Shown piece after piece: positions 46,198 through 55,899 of a stretch of DNA of 64,000 bases (its first letter is position 1; every line of letters starts with the position of its first letter). The stretch covers positions 2,012,734 to 2,076,733 of the forward strand of contig JABAQM010000001.1 in NCBI GenBank assembly GCA_019187105.1, in the 5' to 3' direction. Source of the stretch: Fimbriimonadaceae bacterium (lineage in GTDB: Bacteria > Armatimonadota > Fimbriimonadia > Fimbriimonadales > Fimbriimonadaceae). Under the pieces are notes generated by a model. That model worked only from the letters and a program-made list of their open reading frames with translations. It was not told the DNA's origin and made no database searches. The position numbers and the translations under genes were made by a program.

Positions 46198-49107
46198 ATG
46201 CGAAGGATCACTCCATCTGGCCTGGCATGGTTGGCATCGGCGATGCCGCTGGTTTGGGCAACGGGGATCTCGTACCAACCCACAAAGGCTGACTACGCGA
46301 CCGATGTGGCTCCCATTTTTAGGGCCCACTGCTCGCCCTGCCATACCGGCAAGGAGGCGAGCGGCGGCCTGTCGCTTAACGACTACGATTCGCTGATGAA
46401 GTCCGGGGTCGTGGCCAAGGGGTCAGCCAAGAGCAGCACCATCGTCCAGCGAATCCTCGGTGAGGGTGGACTCCCGCGCATGCCGATGGGTTTCAAGCCG
46501 CTCGATCCCGCCGATATCGCGAGGATACGCGGATGGATCGATGCCGGGGCGCAACCACCACGGGCCAAGGCGCAACCCGGGCACTGGGCCTACGTTCCGC
46601 CAAAGAAGGCGCAGCTGCCGTCAGGCGCCAAGAACCCGATCGACGCGTTTGTCATCGCGAAGCTGCGCCAGGAAGGCTTGCGTCTCTCTCCACCTGCCGA
46701 CAAGGCCACCCTGCTCCGGCGCGTGACTCTCGATTTGACCGGTCTTCCACCCATGCCGGCGGAACTCGAGGCGTTCGCGTCGGACAAGTCACCGTACGCC
46801 TATGAAAAGGTCGTCGATCGGCTGCTGGCGAGTCCGCACTACGGCGAAAGGATGGCGCTTCCATGGCTGGACGCGGCCCGCTACGCCGACAGCAACGGCT
46901 TCCAGCAGGACGGGGATACCTACCAATATGTGTGGCGGGATTGGCTGGTTCGAGCCCTTAACGCCAATATGCGTTTCGACCGGATGACGATCGCCCAGAT
47001 TGCGGGCGACCTCCTGGCGAAGCCAACCCTCGACCAGCTTGTCGCGACCGGATTCAACCGCAATCACATGCTCAACGGCGAGGGCGGTGCGATCCCCGAA
47101 GAGCAACGCTACGTGAACCTGTTCGACCGGGTGGACACCACCGCGATGACCTGGATGAGTTTGACCATGGGATGTGCCCGATGTCACGACCACAAGTACG
47201 ATCCGATCACCCAGCGCGACTACTACGCGATGATGGCCTACTTCAACCAGGTCCCCGAGACAGGCGTGCCTTCTGGTTCTGGCCAGTATCGAATTGCGGA
47301 TCCCTGGATCTATGCCGGTACTCCTGCCGAGATGACTCGCCTGGCAGGCGCCGAGCGCGCGCTGGTCCGAGCGAAGGCGGCCGAAACCGCCCTATTGGAG
47401 AGTCCCGAAATCCAGCAAGAGTTTCGTACCTGGCGGGACAAGGTCGTTTTCGAGGTGCGGCAGGCGAAAGTGGTGGCCTCTCCATGGCGAGACCTGGGCG
47501 CCTACAAAGCCGCTACCTTCGACGAAGCGTTCGATCGCAAACTCGGACCCGAAGCAGCTGTGGTGGCAGGAGGAGAGGAACGGCTCGATCTGGCTGACGG
47601 AAGGGTGAATGCCCTCTCTGGCGACAACACCGCCTTCTATTTCGAGCGATCGATCAAGGTCGATCGACCCATCGCTTATCTGCTGTCGCTGGGGAGCGAC
47701 GACGGGATCAAAGTCTGGCTGGACGGCCGCGAGGTGCTCAGCCGAAAGGTGACGCGCGGCGTCGTACCCGACTCGGACCGCATCGTCGTCACGCTGACCG
47801 CCGGCGACCACACGCTTCGACTGAAAATCGTCAATGGCGGCGGCGTTGGCGGGTTCTACTATCGAGGACTGGTGGGTGGGGTCGGAGAGGAAACCGCCAG
47901 CCAGCTCGCGAGCGATTCACCGGAAGTTCAGAAGAAGGCATTGCAAGCGTTCATCGAACAATCCCAGACCCCTGGACTCCGACAGCGGCTCGACGCCACG
48001 CGGGAGGCCGAAGAAGCACTCACAAAGGTGCGCGAACGGACACCCAGAGTCATGATCATGTCCGACAAAATGCCGCGTGCCACCCATGTGCTACGGCGCG
48101 GCAACTACGAAGATCCCATCGATCGCGTGGAACCGGCCACACCCGCGTTTCTCCCCAAGGAACCGGGTCCTGGCAACCGGTTGGGTTTGGCCAGGTGGAT
48201 CGTCTCTCCCGAGAATCCCCTGACCGCAAGGGTGCAGGTCAACCGTGCTTGGCAGGTGTTCTTCGGCCGCGGCCTCGTGCGTACCGAGGAGAATTTCGGG
48301 GTCAAAGGAGAGCCACCGACGCATCCCGAGCTTTTGGATTGGCTCGCCGTCGACTTTCGTGAAAACGGCTGGAACCTAAAACGGCTCCACAAGCAGATCG
48401 TGATGAGCGCAACCTATCGCCAGAGCTCGAAAGTAACTCCGGAATTGTTGAAGCGCGATCCCGCAAATCTTCTGCTCGCCCGTGCTCTGCGCTACCGATT
48501 GTCGGCGATGATCCTCAGGGACGTTGCGCTCGCTGCGAGCGGACTCTTGAACCGGAAGATTGGCGGAAAGCCCGTTTACCCTTACCAGCCGGCCGGCATA
48601 TGGGATGGGCTCGCGATCACGCTCGAGCGCGACTTCACGTATCCCCAGTCCAAGGGAAGGGACAACTATCGCAGGAGCCTTTACACGTTCTGGCGCCGAA
48701 CGGCGGCGCCGGGTGATATGTTCGACAGCAGCACTCGGCAGGTTTGTACGGTGAGGCCGACACTGACCTCCAGCCCAATGCACGCTCTGACCATGCTGAA
48801 CAATGTTGCATGGGTGGAGGCCGGGATCGCACTGGCGGATTCGGTGTCCGGTATTCCAACCGCCACGGGTCGGCTCTCCGCCGCGTTCTTCCGCGTGTGT
48901 TCGCGGAGACCCTCTGCCGGCGAATTGAAGATCCTCGAACGCGCGTTCGCTCGAGCCCTCGCCTCATTCAGGGGCGACTCCGCATCGACCGCATCTTATC
49001 TGGCTCAGGGCGAATTCCGAGCCAGCCAGTCCACCCCGGAACTTGCCGCTCTCGCCAGCGTGTGCACGGCCATCTTCAACCTTAGCGAGGCGGTGACCCG
49101 AGAATAA
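46198..49107 (+). CDS. PSD1/DUF1549-DUF1553 family protein with an N-terminal planctomycete cytochrome-c-like (PSCyt) motif
   Basis: A signal peptide is followed by VAPIFRAHCSPCHTGKEASGGLSL (PSCyt-type CxxCH) and the DUF1553-type C-terminal region. The ORF is open upstream to 46138. Confidence 0.8.
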   Translation: MRRITPSGLAWLASAMPLVWATGISYQPTKADYATDVAPIFRAHCSPCHTGKEASGGLSLNDYDSLMKSGVVAKGSAKSSTIVQRILGEGGLPRMPMGFKPLDPADIARIRGWIDAGAQPPRAKAQPGHWAYVPPKKAQLPSGAKNPIDAFVIAKLRQEGLRLSPPADKATLLRRVTLDLTGLPPMPAELEAFASDKSPYAYEKVVDRLLASPHYGERMALPWLDAARYADSNGFQQDGDTYQYVWRDWLVRALNANMRFDRMTIAQIAGDLLAKPTLDQLVATGFNRNHMLNGEGGAIPEEQRYVNLFDRVDTTAMTWMSLTMGCARCHDHKYDPITQRDYYAMMAYFNQVPETGVPSGSGQYRIADPWIYAGTPAEMTRLAGAERALVRAKAAETALLESPEIQQEFRTWRDKVVFEVRQAKVVASPWRDLGAYKAATFDEAFDRKLGPEAAVVAGGEERLDLADGRVNALSGDNTAFYFERSIKVDRPIAYLLSLGSDDGIKVWLDGREVLSRKVTRGVVPDSDRIVVTLTAGDHTLRLKIVNGGGVGGFYYRGLVGGVGEETASQLASDSPEVQKKALQAFIEQSQTPGLRQRLDATREAEEALTKVRERTPRVMIMSDKMPRATHVLRRGNYEDPIDRVEPATPAFLPKEPGPGNRLGLARWIVSPENPLTARVQVNRAWQVFFGRGLVRTEENFGVKGEPPTHPELLDWLAVDFRENGWNLKRLHKQIVMSATYRQSSKVTPELLKRDPANLLLARALRYRLSAMILRDVALAASGLLNRKIGGKPVYPYQPAGIWDGLAITLERDFTYPQSKGRDNYRRSLYTFWRRTAAPGDMFDSSTRQVCTVRPTLTSSPMHALTMLNNVAWVEAGIALADSVSGIPTATGRLSAAFFRVCSRRPSAGELKILERAFARALASFRGDSASTASYLAQGEFRASQSTPELAALASVCTAIFNLSEAVTRE

Positions 49108-50564
49108 TGAACCTCTTCTTCGAACGCGATCTTATGATCACCCGCCGGCAATTGCTCGGAAAGGCTGCTCAGGGGGTCGGCTCAATTGCGCTATTCAGCT
49201 TGCTGGCAAGGGGAAGTGCCGCCCAAGAAAAGCCGGGGTTGCGCGGCCTCAAAGGCGTGCCGCACTTCAAGCCCAAGGCAAAGCGCGTGATCGTCCTGTG
49301 GCAAGGCGGGGCGCCGTCGCAGATCGACCTCTTCGACTACAAACCCGGCCTTGAGAAGCACCGACTCGAAGAGCTGCCCGAATCGATCCGAAAGACTTCT
49401 CGCCTGTCCACGATGACCAGCTCGCAGGGCAGATATCCGATCCTGCCCGCGATCGCTCCGTTCAAGCAATACGGCGATTCCGGCATGTGGTTGAGTGAAA
49501 TGATTCCGCACATCGGCTCGATCGCTGACCAGATATGCGTGGTTCGGTCGATGCATACCGATGCGGTGAACCACGCGCCGGGCGTGACGATGTTTCTTAC
49601 CGGCAGCCAGATTCCCGGCCGTCCGAGCATGGGTGCGTGGGCAGCTTACGGACTCGGCTGCGAGACCGACGAATTGCCGGCGTTCGTCGTGATGACGTCG
49701 AGTGATGAAAAGAAGACCTGCGGACAGCTGTTTTACGACTATTACTGGGGCGCAGGTTTTCTGCCCTCCATCTATCAAGGCGTCCGCTTCCGCAGCGAGG
49801 GCGACCCGGTCCTGTATCTCAACAACCCCCCCGGCATGTCGGCGGAGCTGCGGCGTGGCTTGCTTCAGGACATGGCCGACCTCGACCGAAAGCATCAGGA
49901 AGCTTTTGGCGATCCCGAGATCGAATCCCGGATTGCGCAGTATGAGCTGGCCTTCAAAATGCAGACCAGCGTTCCCGAACTGACCGATATCTCCAAGGAG
50001 CCGAAGAGCGTGCTCGAGATGTACGGCCCCGACGTACATCGCAAAGGGTCCTATGCACAGAACTGCCTTCTCGCTCGCCGGCTGGTCGAACGCGGCGTGC
50101 GGTTCGTCCAGTTGATGCACTCGGGATGGGATCAGCATCAGAATCTATCGACCCAGCTCGCGCTGCAGTGCCGAGACACCGATCAAGCATCGGCGGCCCT
50201 GGTGAAGGACTTGGCCAGCCGCGGCATGCTGGACGACACGATCGTGCTCTGGGCGGGCGAGTTTGGTCGGACGGTTTTCGTTCAAGGCGACATCAACCGA
50301 GCCGATGCCCATGGCAGAGATCACTTCGGAAAGGCCTACTCGCTTTGGATTGCCGGAGGCGGTTTCAAGGGTGGCACGACCTACGGCGAAACCGACGACT
50401 ACTGCTACAGTGTCGTCAAGGACCCCGTCAGCACCTTCGATCTGGGAGCGACGATCCTCCACCAGCTTGGCATCGACCACGAGCGGCTCACTTATCGACA
50501 TCAGGGTCGCGATTTCCGGCTCACGGACGTGGAAGGTGCGGTTGTTCGAGACATCCTCCGCTAA
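49107..50564 (+). CDS. DUF1501 domain protein (sulfatase-like fold) with Tat signal
   Basis: The Tat signal MITRRQLLGKAAQGVGSIALFSL is present, and this is the conserved partner of DUF1553 proteins. The start overlaps the upstream stop (TAATG). Confidence 0.85.
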   Translation: MNLFFERDLMITRRQLLGKAAQGVGSIALFSLLARGSAAQEKPGLRGLKGVPHFKPKAKRVIVLWQGGAPSQIDLFDYKPGLEKHRLEELPESIRKTSRLSTMTSSQGRYPILPAIAPFKQYGDSGMWLSEMIPHIGSIADQICVVRSMHTDAVNHAPGVTMFLTGSQIPGRPSMGAWAAYGLGCETDELPAFVVMTSSDEKKTCGQLFYDYYWGAGFLPSIYQGVRFRSEGDPVLYLNNPPGMSAELRRGLLQDMADLDRKHQEAFGDPEIESRIAQYELAFKMQTSVPELTDISKEPKSVLEMYGPDVHRKGSYAQNCLLARRLVERGVRFVQLMHSGWDQHQNLSTQLALQCRDTDQASAALVKDLASRGMLDDTIVLWAGEFGRTVFVQGDINRADAHGRDHFGKAYSLWIAGGGFKGGTTYGETDDYCYSVVKDPVSTFDLGATILHQLGIDHERLTYRHQGRDFRLTDVEGAVVRDILR

Positions 50565-50584
50565 GCGTTCTGCCCTTTGGCATA

Positions 50585-52474
50585 ATGAGACCCATGGTTA
50601 CGGCCGCCCGCGTCTCCCGGCATGGCACGCTATTGTTCGCCTTGATCACTTGCTCCATGGCCTTCGGCCAGGCCAAGCCTATCTTCGTCGATGGTCAGGC
50701 ACAAGAGGTTCCCGAGTTTTCTGATTCCAAGGAGTGGATCCGCGAGCAGCTGTGGGTGGAAACCGAGTTTGACTCCGACAAGGATGGCAAGCGGGATCGC
50801 GTGCACGTAGATGTGACTCGCCAAAAGCAGACCGAAACCGAGGGACTGAAAGTGCCCGTCATCTATGAGTCCTCACCGTACTTTGCGGGAACAGGAGGCG
50901 GCAGGTCGATTCTGTGGGATGTCAAGCACGAGCTCGGCGCAGAGCCTCCGGCGCGGACCAGCCGTCCGGAAATCCCCTTCAACCCGGACCGAAAGTCTGT
51001 ATCCACCGGGCTTGTGTCCACGTGGGTTCCCCGTGGGTTTGCGGTCGTCCACTCCGAGGCGCCGGGAACCGGCCTCTCAACCGGCAGCCCAACCGTCGGC
51101 GGCGATCCGGAGCGGCTGGCGCCAAAGGCCGTCATCGACTGGCTCAATGGTCGAGCCAAAGGTTTCACCACCCTTGATGGAACGGCGGAAGTGAAGGCGA
51201 CCTGGTGCACCGGCAAAGTGGGGATGATCGGAACGTCCTACAATGGCACGTTGCCGGTCGCTGCAGCGACCACTGGCGTTAAGGGACTGGAAGCGATTAT
51301 TCCAGTGGCCCCCAACACGTCCTACTACCATTACTATCGGTCGAACGGCCTTGTACGCCACCCCGGAGGCTGGTTAGGCGAGGACATCGATTCCCTGTAT
51401 GACTTCATCAACAGCGGCAACCCCGCGCGCCGCGCCACCGGCGACAAGCTATATCGGGATGGCGAGTTTGTCAAGGGGCGAGACCGCGTCACCGGGGACT
51501 ACAACGCATTCTGGGCCTCACGAGACCTGCTTAAGCATGTCGGCAACATTCGATGTGCCGTGCTCATGGCCCATGGGTTCAACGATTGGAACGTGGTGCC
51601 TGAGCACAGCTTCCGCATTAGCCAGGCGATCAAGGGCAAGGTGCCGCTGGTCCAGTACTACCATCAGTTCGGACATGGCGGGGATCCCCCCTTCCCCATG
51701 GTGAACAAGTGGTTTACCCGGTTCCTCTACGGCATTGAAAACGGCATCGAGAAGGGCCCAAAGGCCTTTATCGTGCGAGAGGCCACGGAAGGCGGTGGCC
51801 GCCGCTCGCGAGGAGAACCGACGCCTTACGCAGACTTTCCAAACCCTGAGGCCGCACCGATCACGCTCTACCTTTCTCCGGGGGGTAAGACCATGGGCGG
51901 CCTAGGGACCAAGAAGGCTCCGAGCAGTGGCACCGAGACGCTGGTCGACGACGTCCAGTTCAGCCCAGCCGCGCTTGCCTCAGCCGAGGATTCGCCAAAC
52001 CGGCTGATCTACGCTACGCCTGAGCTCGTTGCGCCGGTGCACATTTCCGGCACGGCCCGAGTCACCATCCGGCTCGCGTCCAGCGCTCCAGCCGCGAACC
52101 TCTCCGTTTATCTGGTCCAGCTGCCGTGGACGGTCGGTCAGATTGGAACCGCCAATCTGGTTACTCGAGGTTGGGCCGATCCTCAGAACCACCGATCGCT
52201 GACCAAGGGCGGCAACTATGATTCGATGGAGAAGGGCCAGCCGCTAAAGCCGGGTCAGTTCGTCACCCTCACGTTCGACCTTCAGCCGGATGACCAGATC
52301 ATTCCGGCCGGGAAGCGGATCGGCCTCATGATTTTCTCAAGCGATCGAGACTTCACGATCTGGCCGAAGGCGGGAACCAAGCTGACCGTCGACTTGAGCG
52401 GGACCTACATCGTGTTGCCGACCGTTGGTGGCGGCGCGGAATTCGGGAAGGCGGTTAGCGGTCCTAGCCGCTAA
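50585..52474 (+). CDS. CocE/NonD family hydrolase (S15 Xaa-Pro dipeptidyl-peptidase-like), secreted
   Basis: A signal peptide is followed by VPVIYESSPYFAG and the nucleophile context GMIGTSYNG. The ORF finder extends the frame 459 nt upstream without support. Confidence 0.75.
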   Translation: MRPMVTAARVSRHGTLLFALITCSMAFGQAKPIFVDGQAQEVPEFSDSKEWIREQLWVETEFDSDKDGKRDRVHVDVTRQKQTETEGLKVPVIYESSPYFAGTGGGRSILWDVKHELGAEPPARTSRPEIPFNPDRKSVSTGLVSTWVPRGFAVVHSEAPGTGLSTGSPTVGGDPERLAPKAVIDWLNGRAKGFTTLDGTAEVKATWCTGKVGMIGTSYNGTLPVAAATTGVKGLEAIIPVAPNTSYYHYYRSNGLVRHPGGWLGEDIDSLYDFINSGNPARRATGDKLYRDGEFVKGRDRVTGDYNAFWASRDLLKHVGNIRCAVLMAHGFNDWNVVPEHSFRISQAIKGKVPLVQYYHQFGHGGDPPFPMVNKWFTRFLYGIENGIEKGPKAFIVREATEGGGRRSRGEPTPYADFPNPEAAPITLYLSPGGKTMGGLGTKKAPSSGTETLVDDVQFSPAALASAEDSPNRLIYATPELVAPVHISGTARVTIRLASSAPAANLSVYLVQLPWTVGQIGTANLVTRGWADPQNHRSLTKGGNYDSMEKGQPLKPGQFVTLTFDLQPDDQIIPAGKRIGLMIFSSDRDFTIWPKAGTKLTVDLSGTYIVLPTVGGGAEFGKAVSGPSR

Positions 52475-53087
52475 CCGGCTCCTCCCGACTCTGGAACCAG
52501 CGTTTCGCAGTGCGATAAAGGTCCTTTCGCGCAGCCGCGTTTCCCCATAGGGTATCCGCGTGTCGAGGTTCCACCAGAAGCCGGACGAGCTGACCGTTCA
52601 CGGTGCCTTCGAAGGCTACCCATCCGCCAAAGCCAAGCCAGGAATGGATGTTTGGCCTCAGGGTCACCCGCTTGACGTCCCCAAGCGCCAACTGGACGTG
52701 GATTTCCTCCCCGCGGAACTGGACGCCGGATGGCGACAGCTCCAGGAACCCGAGGTCCTCATGCGGGTCTAGGAGGCTGCGATAGGCGGGACGCGCGAAT
52801 CCGACAAACCAGGCGTCGTCGGAAAAGGTGATCCCTTGTGCCTGAAACCGGAAGCGAAGCTGTCGAGCCAACGAGCGATTGCCCCACGCGCCCACAATTC
52901 CGGTTGCCAGGTAGCCTACCGAGACAAAGAGAAAAAGGTAGACTATTGTCGATGTCTTGACGGCCAAATCGGGGATGAGATCGCGCAGTCCCAAGAGTAG
53001 GAATGGGAGCGAGAACAACAACGGAATGAGGTTTCCCCAGAGCTTCCGGGAATTCGACCAAATTCGCTCCGGCACAGCGGGCATCAT
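52464..53087 (-). CDS. Hypothetical membrane protein (two TM helices plus cytoplasmic domain)
   Basis: Only the hydrophobic segments and a soluble C-terminal domain are visible; there are no recognisable motifs. Confidence 0.45.
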   Translation of the reverse strand: MMPAVPERIWSNSRKLWGNLIPLLFSLPFLLLGLRDLIPDLAVKTSTIVYLFLFVSVGYLATGIVGAWGNRSLARQLRFRFQAQGITFSDDAWFVGFARPAYRSLLDPHEDLGFLELSPSGVQFRGEEIHVQLALGDVKRVTLRPNIHSWLGFGGWVAFEGTVNGQLVRLLVEPRHADTLWGNAAARKDLYRTAKRWFQSREEPVSG

Positions 53088-53100
53088 ACTCTAGACGACC

Positions 53101-55899
53101 ATGGCCAACCGCTCGGCGAAGGTAATCCCGATTTCGCCGTCCTGCGCCGAACTCCCTTCTATCATCCAGGCGTTCTGTCGCAAGGATGGCCGGATCTTGT
53201 GCGCTTCGGAGAGCCTCGTTCGGCGTGCCGCCGGATGGTTGCCGGAAGGATACGATCATCCGATTTTGATTGGCGAGCTCGCCCGGTCGGTTCTCATGCT
53301 GTTGGGCGAGTCCTTTGCCCCATCTGCCGGAGCGGGACACCAGCGAGCAATGATCCGCCAGATTTGCGAAGACCTCGAGCCCGACTCATGGTTCTATCGG
53401 AGCCGGGAACGACCAGGGCTGCATCGGGCCATGGTCGACGCCCTCTCCCGGTTGCGGCACTGGGGCTGGACCGAAGAACGTCTTGCCGGCGTGGCCGAGT
53501 CAGGGTCGAAGCTCGCGGAAATCGCCGGCTTCATCGGTTTCCTCAACGACCGCTTGCGCGCGGTCGGCTTCGAGTTGGTTTCGGACCGTTACCGGCGGTG
53601 TATGGAGCTTCAGCCCCAGGAGGTCCCAGGTGTTCGCCGTGTCCTTGCCGTTCTGGGTTACAACCAGGATCCGCTGGCCGTCGAATGGCTCGGTTGGCTG
53701 GCATCCACCGGCGCCGACGTCTCGATTGTGGTCGAGGACCACCCAAGGTTTTCCCGTCGCCACGAGGGGTTGGTCGTCAGTTACGAAAAAGAGCACTGGA
53801 CGCATTCGCTGTTTACAGAGTCGCTCCCCTCCAAGTTGCCGATTCAATTGAAGATCGAGAGCATGAACGATGTCCTAGGTGAGTGCGAATGGACCCTGCG
53901 ATCCATCCTCGATCTGCAACGGCACGGGTCGGTCTCGGATGAGATCGGCATTTTTGTTCGCCAAACGGATTCGTACGCTCCTCTGCTCATGGCGAGCGCG
54001 GTTCGCTTGGGGGTCCAGCTCTCGATTTCGGCTAGGGTTCCCCTGCTGACGACAGGGTTTGCCGCGACGGTCGTGGCGCTACTTGAAGCGCTTGCCCAGA
54101 ACGACGTAAGACGTTTGGAGCGAGTTTTCGCGGGCAGCTATTTCGACCTGAGCCGCGAACAGCAAAGGCGGGTGTCTGAAGCAGTTCGTGCGGCCCACCG
54201 CAGTAGAGAACGGGCATGGCAGGAGCTTGGCGCCTGGGCCGAGACTGAAACCGAAGAGATGCCGTGGATCGGGAAGCTTCTCAAGTGGAGGGAGAAAGCA
54301 CTCGCCGAACCGGCTTCCTGGCAGATGTGGTGCGGAAGACTCATCGAACTGGGCCACCAACTCCCCTTTGTGGACGAAGCCTCCAAGAAATCGAACCCCT
54401 ATCAGTTGCGAGACATTCGGTCGCAGCAGGTCATGCAGCGGTCACTGATCGAGGCGATCGACAGTAAGCCATGCGACCTCCCGCTGTTCGTTCGGAGGGC
54501 AATGCTGCTTTGGGAGCAGGAAACCGTCATCCTGCCTGGCTCGCTGACCGGCGTGCGGGTCTCTTCAGATCCGGTCAACCTCGTCGGCGTCAAGCACTTG
54601 TTTGCCATGGGAATGTCAGAGGGCGTCTTCCCCCAGCGTCAAACCGAGGATGCCATCCTCTTTGACAGCGATATTCAGCTTCTGAACGGGTCCGCCGGGG
54701 AGCCGATTCCCACAAGCCAGGACTTGGCCCGCCAGGAACGGGACCTCTTCATCCGCGTCTGTTCGATTCCTTCAGAGTCCCTTACGCTTTCCTATCCGCA
54801 GTCCGAGGACGACCGCGATAACATCCCCGCCTTCTACCTCTCCGAGATCGAGCGAATCTCCGCCGGCAATGTGGCCAAGCGACGGTTCGCCTTCCGGGAT
54901 TTCGCACCGGAGCCGGAGGCATGCCTTGCGCCGGCTGATCTGGCACTCGCCGAGTCGCTTCGCTCTTCGGCTGTTATCCCCGTGAGCCCCAGGCTTGCGG
55001 AACAGGCGGCACTCTCCCTCGTTCGGACCGAGGACGATTCAAGTTACTCCCCCCGGGAACTGCAGGCTGTGATCGACTGCGCCTTCCGGGCCTCTATGCG
55101 CTACCGGCTAGAGGTTGCGCAACCCTTGGAACGTCGGCTGCAGTTCGTGCTGCCGGACTTGGCCGAGCGAGCGAATCTCGCCCAGATGACGACGACCGAA
55201 CAGGCCGCGGCTGCCCTCTGGCACGCGTTCAGTGACTGGACAGACCGGCACTATGCCGAGCTGGACGCCCATGAACGCGAGCTTCTCGCAGCCGCAGCGA
55301 GGCGCTACTTTGCAGAGGTGGTGGATCGAGAGTTCGCCGCGCGGGAGGTGTGGCCCAGAGAGCCGAGTGATACACAAGCCAGGGTGGACATTGGTCAGCA
55401 AGGACTGTTTGGCCAGTTCAAGATCGGCGAAACGCAGGTCAATCTTCGGTTTACGGCTCCCTTCTTGACCGAAACCGCAGCGGGATCCCGGATCATTCAG
55501 TTCGAGGCCACCGAGGAGGATCGCAACCAGCACGAGGCACCCCTCGACCGCGCGCTTTTGGCGCTGATTCAGCAGAAGCGATCCCCCTCCACCTTCATCG
55601 AGGTCGACGCGGCAACTGGGAAGCGAACTCTGCTGATCGCCGATGCGACCGGCAGGATCGAACACCGAAAGAACCGGCGCAAGGACCTCGTTGAGAGACA
55701 GTTGGTGGAAGGCGATCTACGTGCCGCTTTCACCTCGGCAAAGCGGCAGGCTGCAGAAGCCGTGCAGAAATGGCGGACCCACGATATGGCGCCAACGCCT
55801 GGTCCCGTCTGCGAGCAGTGTGACTTCGGCGACGTGTGCCGGTGGTCGCGCGCCTACTCGGACGAGATCGATGTTTTCCGGAATTTGGAGGACCAATGA
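53101..55899 (+). CDS. PD-(D/E)XK nuclease superfamily protein, AddB-like subunit of a helicase-nuclease complex
   Basis: A 932-aa protein with the C-terminal CEQCDFGDVC (CxxCx5C) iron-sulfur motif typical of AddB/Cas4-type nucleases. No intact Walker A was found. Its stop overlaps the start of the downstream UvrD-like helicase (ATGA). Confidence 0.6.
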   Translation: MANRSAKVIPISPSCAELPSIIQAFCRKDGRILCASESLVRRAAGWLPEGYDHPILIGELARSVLMLLGESFAPSAGAGHQRAMIRQICEDLEPDSWFYRSRERPGLHRAMVDALSRLRHWGWTEERLAGVAESGSKLAEIAGFIGFLNDRLRAVGFELVSDRYRRCMELQPQEVPGVRRVLAVLGYNQDPLAVEWLGWLASTGADVSIVVEDHPRFSRRHEGLVVSYEKEHWTHSLFTESLPSKLPIQLKIESMNDVLGECEWTLRSILDLQRHGSVSDEIGIFVRQTDSYAPLLMASAVRLGVQLSISARVPLLTTGFAATVVALLEALAQNDVRRLERVFAGSYFDLSREQQRRVSEAVRAAHRSRERAWQELGAWAETETEEMPWIGKLLKWREKALAEPASWQMWCGRLIELGHQLPFVDEASKKSNPYQLRDIRSQQVMQRSLIEAIDSKPCDLPLFVRRAMLLWEQETVILPGSLTGVRVSSDPVNLVGVKHLFAMGMSEGVFPQRQTEDAILFDSDIQLLNGSAGEPIPTSQDLARQERDLFIRVCSIPSESLTLSYPQSEDDRDNIPAFYLSEIERISAGNVAKRRFAFRDFAPEPEACLAPADLALAESLRSSAVIPVSPRLAEQAALSLVRTEDDSSYSPRELQAVIDCAFRASMRYRLEVAQPLERRLQFVLPDLAERANLAQMTTTEQAAAALWHAFSDWTDRHYAELDAHERELLAAAARRYFAEVVDREFAAREVWPREPSDTQARVDIGQQGLFGQFKIGETQVNLRFTAPFLTETAAGSRIIQFEATEEDRNQHEAPLDRALLALIQQKRSPSTFIEVDAATGKRTLLIADATGRIEHRKNRRKDLVERQLVEGDLRAAFTSAKRQAAEAVQKWRTHDMAPTPGPVCEQCDFGDVCRWSRAYSDEIDVFRNLEDQ

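Noticed and set aside
50126-50584. Upstream extensions of ORFs given by the six-frame track (50126 for the S15 peptidase; also 1274, 2617, 7498, 55836, 58571, 46138, 29049, 29912)
   Set aside because: The extended N-termini are low-complexity and overlap the preceding gene. Internal starts are supported by signal peptides, Shine-Dalgarno sequences or ATGA/TAATG coupling with the upstream stop.
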